From an uncultured Dorea sp. (lineage in GTDB: Bacteria; Bacillota; Clostridia; Lachnospirales; Lachnospiraceae): a DNA stretch of 64,000 nt. The notes beneath the pieces were generated by a model. That model was not told where the DNA came from, ran no database searches, and was given only the letters and a program-made list of their open reading frames with translations. Positions within the stretch are counted from its first letter, which is position 1. The number at the start of each line of letters is the position of its first letter. The stretch covers positions 302-64,301 of the forward strand of contig CAJTQA010000011.1 in NCBI GenBank assembly GCA_910578455.1, given 5' to 3'. Positions 58,747 through 64,000 of the stretch are shown one piece after another. The translations under genes were made by a program, and so were the position numbers.

Positions 58747-59472
58747 TTACTTTAGAGGCTCTTTTGACGGTACTCCCGCTTTTCGCGGATACTTTTTCCC
58801 TGTACTGTTTTCTTTTCTTATTTTTACCAATGACCGCTGTATCTCTGTTTCCGGTAATGTGAATTTTTCAATTTTTTCTATTTTTCCTCCTAGTATTTCT
58901 ACTGCCTTTGTTGACTCTTTTATCTCTTCTTCTATGTTTCCTGATTTATAAGAGATAAAATATCCTGACTTTTTTACATATGGAAGTGCATATTCGGAAA
59001 GGATTGCCAGATTTGCCACTGCTCTTGATACGCATAAGTCATATTTTTCTCTGTATTCATGTTTTCTGGCGTAATCTTCTGCCCTTCCATGTAATGTCTG
59101 AACTTCTTTCAGCCCAATTTCCTCTACAACCTCATTCAAAAATTTTATTCTTTTATTCAAGGAGTCAAGCAATGTTATCTTAATTTCCGGAAATGCTATT
59201 TTTAACGGAATTCCTGGAAATCCTGCTCCGGTTCCAATATCTATCACGGATATGCTGCCAGATCGAAATGTTTTTTTATCTATCGTCTTTATTAATGATA
59301 AACTGTCTATGAAATGTTTATTTACGACTTCTTCATATTCCGTAATGGCTGTCAGATTCATCACCCGATTCCATTCAATTAAGATGGAGTAATAGTTTAT
59401 AAACTGCTCTATCTGATAATCATTCAATTCAATTTCCATCTGGCTCGCTTTTTTTCTTATTATATTCTGCAT
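58747..59472 (-). CDS. rsmG: 16S rRNA m7G527 methyltransferase
   Basis: MNLTAI, HFIDS, DIGTGAGFPG and SRAVA; GAGG RBS before ATG 59472. Confidence 0.96.
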   Translation of the reverse strand: MQNIIRKKASQMEIELNDYQIEQFINYYSILIEWNRVMNLTAITEYEEVVNKHFIDSLSLIKTIDKKTFRSGSISVIDIGTGAGFPGIPLKIAFPEIKITLLDSLNKRIKFLNEVVEEIGLKEVQTLHGRAEDYARKHEYREKYDLCVSRAVANLAILSEYALPYVKKSGYFISYKSGNIEEEIKESTKAVEILGGKIEKIEKFTLPETEIQRSLVKIRKENSTGKKYPRKAGVPSKEPLK

Positions 59473-59497
59473 TTTTATTCCTCTTACTGACTTATTT

Positions 59498-61423
59498 TTA
59501 CTTGTCTTTAGAACTGATAGTTGCTGTTTCCAAATATACGAGAAGGACAGATATATCTGCCGGAGATACGCCCGAAATTCTGGATGCTTGTCCAATTGAG
59601 ACAGGACGATATTCCTTTAGCTTTTGAAGTGCTTCTATCCGAAGGCTCTTTATTGCATCATAATCTATATTTTCCGGTATCTTTTTATTTTCAAGTTTTT
59701 TAAACTGTTCTACCTGCTTTTTCTGGCGTTTGATATAACCTTCATATTTTATAGATATATTTACCTGCTCAGATACCTCCTCTGATAATTCCGGTGGGAA
59801 TTCCGGACGATCTGGGTCTATCTCTTTTAATTTTTCATAAGAAAGCTCCGGCCTGCGTATCAGTTCCGTTATTGTTATCCCAGAGAGAAGGCGTGTACTC
59901 CCATAGCTTTCCAGAAGTTTTTGTATTTTTTCACCTGTTCCTACCGTGACATGTTCAAGTCTCTTGACTTCTTTCTCTATAAGTTCTATTTTTAATTTCA
60001 GCCGTTCATATCTTTCTTCTGATATCAGGCCTATCTCATATCCTTTTTCTGTCAGCCTTTGATCTGCATTATCTTGACGGAGCAAAAGACGGTACTCTGC
60101 TCTCGATGTCATCATCCGATATGGCTCGTGACTCTCCTTTGTTACAAGGTCATCGATCAGCACTCCAATATATGCTTCAGATCTGTCTAATATAATTGGA
60201 TCCTTCCCATATATCTTCCTGGCCGCATTGATTCCTGCTATCAAACCTTGCGCTGCCGCTTCTTCATACCCGGAGCTTCCATTAAACTGGCCTGCACTGA
60301 ACATCCCTTCTATGTTGCGGAACTCAAGAGAAGGCTTTAACTGCCTGGCATCAATGCAGTCATATTCAATCGCATACGCGTTGCGGACAATTTTTACATT
60401 TTCAAGGCCAGGTACAGTACGGTACATATCATATTGTACATCTTCCGGAAGAGAACTGGACATTCCTCCAATATACATTTCATTTGTCTCAATTCCTTCC
60501 GGCTCTATAAATACCTGATGCCTTTCCTTATCAGCAAACTTTACAACCTTATCTTCTATAGAGGGACAATAACGGGGTCCTGTTCCTTCTATCATCCCGG
60601 AAAACAGAGGAGAGCGGTCAAGATTGCCCCGTATGATCTCATGAGTCTTCTCATTTGTATAAGTCAGCCAGCAGGATACTTGGTCAATCTGAACATCATC
60701 AGGGTTAGTGGCAAAAGAAAAAGGTACAATGCGCTCGTCACCAAACTGTTCTTCCATCTTGCTGAAATCTACCGTGTTGCGGTCAATCCTCGCCGGCGTT
60801 CCTGTCTTAAAACGATACATCATAATTTCCATCTCTTCCAAACTGTCCGTAAGATAATTTGCGGCCTGAAGCCCGTTTGGCCCGGTATAATTACTTACGT
60901 CTCCATATATGCAGCGGGCTTTCAGATAAGTTCCCGTACATAAGATCACCGCTTGACAATGGTAGATTCCCCCTGAGGATATCTGGACGCCTGTCACTTT
61001 ATTATTCTCTGTCATTATTCTTATAACTTCTGCCTGCTTTACATCCAAATTTTCCTGTCCTTCTAATACCCGGCGCATTGTGCGGCTGTACAATGCCTTA
61101 TCTGCCTGTGCCCGAAGAGAATGAACGGCAGGGCCTTTTGATTTGTTCAGCATTTTAGACTGAATAAAACTGCGGTCTATTACTTTCCCCATCTCTCCGC
61201 CTAAAGCATCTATTTCCCTTACCAAATGACCTTTTGATGTTCCACCTATGTTTGGATTGCAGGGCATGAGAGCAATGCTATCCACACTAACTGTAAACAC
61301 AATTGTCTTAAGCCCAAGCCGCGCACATGCAAGCGCCGCCTCACAGCCTGCATGTCCTGCGCCGATTACCACGGCATCATATTGATCTTTACTTACCCAT
61401 ACAGAATTTGCTGAATATTTCAT
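59498..61423 (-). CDS. mnmG: tRNA uridine 5-carboxymethylaminomethyl modification enzyme
   Basis: [28 protein letters not shown] and GYEEAAAQG. Confidence 0.98.
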   Translation of the reverse strand: MKYSANSVWVSKDQYDAVVIGAGHAGCEAALACARLGLKTIVFTVSVDSIALMPCNPNIGGTSKGHLVREIDALGGEMGKVIDRSFIQSKMLNKSKGPAVHSLRAQADKALYSRTMRRVLEGQENLDVKQAEVIRIMTENNKVTGVQISSGGIYHCQAVILCTGTYLKARCIYGDVSNYTGPNGLQAANYLTDSLEEMEIMMYRFKTGTPARIDRNTVDFSKMEEQFGDERIVPFSFATNPDDVQIDQVSCWLTYTNEKTHEIIRGNLDRSPLFSGMIEGTGPRYCPSIEDKVVKFADKERHQVFIEPEGIETNEMYIGGMSSSLPEDVQYDMYRTVPGLENVKIVRNAYAIEYDCIDARQLKPSLEFRNIEGMFSAGQFNGSSGYEEAAAQGLIAGINAARKIYGKDPIILDRSEAYIGVLIDDLVTKESHEPYRMMTSRAEYRLLLRQDNADQRLTEKGYEIGLISEERYERLKLKIELIEKEVKRLEHVTVGTGEKIQKLLESYGSTRLLSGITITELIRRPELSYEKLKEIDPDRPEFPPELSEEVSEQVNISIKYEGYIKRQKKQVEQFKKLENKKIPENIDYDAIKSLRIEALQKLKEYRPVSIGQASRISGVSPADISVLLVYLETATISSKDK

Positions 61424-62846
61424 TTACCAAATCTTCTCCTATTGTTTCGCCTGTAATATTACCCAATGATTCATATGCACCCATCAGATCAATGGAATAA
61501 AAGTCTTCAGGCATTCCATCCTCAATGCTCTGACTTACCTTACATAAAGATTCCATCGCCTGTCTCAATGCATTTTTGTGCCTTGCATTTGTAATATAGA
61601 TCTCATTGTTAAAAGATATTTCCCCTTCAAAGAACATATGTTTTATTTTATTTTCCAATTCATCTATTCCATCTCTGTTTTTTGCTGAAATTTCTATTAT
61701 TTCTACATTTTCTGCAAGTATTATTTCATTTTTTCGGACTAAACTTGATTTATCACTTGTCATCAATCTCGTTTTTGCAAGTTCTAATTCATTTAATATT
61801 TCTTCTTTTGTTATGACCCTATCCAAATCTGATTTATTCAACAAGATTATAGTCTTTTTTTCAGAAATCATCTGAAAAATATTTCTGTCATTATCATCAA
61901 AAGATTTTGAGCTGTCTATAACACACAATACCAGATCTGCCTCCGACACATGTCCTCTCGCCCTGTCAACTCCTATTTTTTCTGCAACATCATTCGTGTC
62001 CCTGATTCCTGCGGTATCCATGATATTTAGCGATATTCCCTTAAGATTTATATGCTCCTCCAGAACGTCTCTCGTCGTACCTTCCATCTCCGTGACTATG
62101 GCGCGTTCCTCTCCTAACAAGGCATTTAAAAGAGAAGATTTCCCTGCATTTGGCTTTCCGGCTATTACTGTCTTTATCCCCTCTTTTATCATCCTTCCAT
62201 TATCACAGGTATATAAAAGATTTTCAATTTCCTCTTTCAGCCTGTCAATGTCCTTTTTTAGTTTTTCCCCATATCCATCCACGCTTATATGCTCCGGGTC
62301 ATCCAGAGCAGACTCTATAAAAGCAGTATGGTATATGATCTCCTGTCTTATAGATTGAATTTTATCTTTAACATTCCCTTTCAACTGGCTGACAGAGCTC
62401 TTATGGGCATATTCATTCTGAGCTGAAATAAGATCTCCTACTGCCTCTGCCTGAGATAGATCGATTCTTCCGTTTAAAAATGCCCGTTTCGTAAATTCTC
62501 CGGGCTGTGCCGGAAAAGCTCCGTTTTTTAATAGCACTTCAAGTATCTTTTTTACAACATATACGCCGCCATGGCAGTTTATCTCAACTGTATCTTCCCC
62601 TGTGTAGCTGTGAGGCCCCCTCATAAGCATGACAAGAACTTCATCGATAACCTCTTCCCCATCTTTTATATAGCCATAATGGATTGTGTGTGATTTTTGT
62701 TCGGAAAGTACTTTATTATTCTTTCCGGCATAGACTTTATCTGCAATTTCAAAAGATTCATTCCCCGTCATCCTTACAATTCCGATCCCGGAATCACTCA
62801 TGGCGGTAGATATTGCAGCTACTGTTCCCGAATACTGGAAATTCAT
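61389..62846 (-). CDS. mnmE: tRNA modification GTPase
   Basis: [28 protein letters not shown] and terminal FCMGK. Confidence 0.98.
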   Translation of the reverse strand: MNFQYSGTVAAISTAMSDSGIGIVRMTGNESFEIADKVYAGKNNKVLSEQKSHTIHYGYIKDGEEVIDEVLVMLMRGPHSYTGEDTVEINCHGGVYVVKKILEVLLKNGAFPAQPGEFTKRAFLNGRIDLSQAEAVGDLISAQNEYAHKSSVSQLKGNVKDKIQSIRQEIIYHTAFIESALDDPEHISVDGYGEKLKKDIDRLKEEIENLLYTCDNGRMIKEGIKTVIAGKPNAGKSSLLNALLGEERAIVTEMEGTTRDVLEEHINLKGISLNIMDTAGIRDTNDVAEKIGVDRARGHVSEADLVLCVIDSSKSFDDNDRNIFQMISEKKTIILLNKSDLDRVITKEEILNELELAKTRLMTSDKSSLVRKNEIILAENVEIIEISAKNRDGIDELENKIKHMFFEGEISFNNEIYITNARHKNALRQAMESLCKVSQSIEDGMPEDFYSIDLMGAYESLGNITGETIGEDLVNEIFSKFCMGK

Positions 62847-62904
62847 AAAAATTCCTCCGTTATTTAAAAAAATAGGGGTTTTCATTAACCCCTACTTTCA
62901 CATA

Positions 62905-63798
62905 TTAATATCTGCGCGCCAATGTAACAACAACTCTCCTGTAAGGTTCTTCCCCTTCACTATGTGTAGATACAGCTGAATCAGACTGGAGAGCAGAATG
63001 GATAATCCTTCTCTCGTATGGATTCATTGGCTCAAGAAATACGCTTCTTCTTGTTCTTTTAACTTTTCCTGCAATATTCTTTGCAAGATTTTCAAGAGTC
63101 TGTTTCCTTCTTCTCCTGTAATCTTCAGTATCAAGTTTCACCCTTACATAGCCGTCCTGCATCTTATTGGCAACACGGTTTGTCAGATACTGAAGAGAAT
63201 CCAGAGTCTGTCCTCTTTTTCCAATCAGGATGCCCATATCCGGCCCATCCATGTTAATACTTAAGGCGCCTTCATCATCAACTGACGTCGTAACGGTTAC
63301 ATCCTTCATATCAAGGCAGGAAAGAACATCTTGAATAAATTTCTTGCAGGTTTCAATTGTAACTTCTTGTACAGGAGCAAGAGGAATTTCTTTCTTTATT
63401 ACGGATTTTACTTCTTCTTTTTCATCTTCCTTCATTCCCTTTTCCTGATATCTGCTGTCTTTATATTCTTTGCCGCCCTTTCCTTCTCTTGCATCCTTTT
63501 TATTTCTGTAATTTTTCTTATTATGCTCTTTTTTCGGATACTTGTCTTTTCTCTCTTTCTTTTCCTCAGCCGGCTCTGCAGATTCTTTTTTCTCCTCTGT
63601 CTCTTCTGCTGCAGCAACAGTCTCTTCTTTTTTCTTCCGTGCCTTAATTACAGCCTGTTTTACCCCGATTCCCAGAAATCCGGCACTTCCCTTTTCAATA
63701 ACCTCATAATCTAATTTGTCACTTGTCACGCCCAACTGAACCAATGCTTCCGTAATCGCGTCGTCAAGTGTCCTGGCAGATACTGTAATATAATCCAT
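62905..63798 (-). CDS. jag: Jag/EloR/KhpB RNA-binding protein
   Basis: Jag N-domain, KH motif LIGKRGQTL, R3H motif ERRIIH. Confidence 0.95.
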   Translation of the reverse strand: MDYITVSARTLDDAITEALVQLGVTSDKLDYEVIEKGSAGFLGIGVKQAVIKARKKKEETVAAAEETEEKKESAEPAEEKKERKDKYPKKEHNKKNYRNKKDAREGKGGKEYKDSRYQEKGMKEDEKEEVKSVIKKEIPLAPVQEVTIETCKKFIQDVLSCLDMKDVTVTTSVDDEGALSINMDGPDMGILIGKRGQTLDSLQYLTNRVANKMQDGYVRVKLDTEDYRRRRKQTLENLAKNIAGKVKRTRRSVFLEPMNPYERRIIHSALQSDSAVSTHSEGEEPYRRVVVTLARRY

Positions 63799-63810
63799 AA
63801 CAATTTCCCC

Positions 63811-64000
63811 CTAATTATTTTTATTAAACCTTTCTACCATGTTTGCTTTATTTGCAAGGCTTCCTGGCTTTGCATTTTTTGCGTTCTGTCTTGCTTTCTC
63901 AACCTTTAATTCTTTTTCCTTTTCAATTTCTGCACTTACCTTTTTGCTTGCAGTCTTTTTCATTGACTTGGTATTCGCCTGAGCCATCTCATTGATCCTC
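63811..64000 (-). CDS. yidC: C-terminal end of membrane insertase YidC (partial)
   Basis: Open frame ending KNAKPGSLANKANMVERFNKNN*, immediately upstream of jag as in the conserved origin operon. Confidence 0.75.
   Translation of the reverse strand, partial: RINEMAQANTKSMKKTASKKVSAEIEKEKELKVEKARQNAKNAKPGSLANKANMVERFNKNN

Overview
This window is from a Firmicutes chromosome, most likely Lachnospiraceae (inferred from gene content and order). It lies just left of the replication origin: yidC(partial)-jag-mnmE-mnmG-rsmG-parS/parS-parA-parB-serS occupy 55-64 kb. The left half is accessory. It holds murG and signalling genes, then an 8-17 kb cluster: a broken surface-protein gene with two small membrane partners, a degenerate GGDEF protein, a broken ECF sigma factor, a transglutaminase-like lipoprotein and a minimal PilC/pilin-like/PilT module without PilB. 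This cluster is the best candidate for an undescribed system. Further right are an ECF/RsgI-like pair, a DHFR-like protein, an Rpn (PD-(D/E)XK) gene with a probable internal start, and a sugar locus damaged by several deletions. Between an integrase-like remnant (~33.6 kb) and tRNA-Arg(CCT) (50.5 kb) lie an intact beta-glucan oligosaccharide locus (GH3, ABC transporter, two GH94, AraC) and a heavy-metal efflux module. Three promoters of the glucan locus share a 19-bp motif placed exactly 38 bp from a -10 box. All family calls come from motif recognition by eye; no searches were run.
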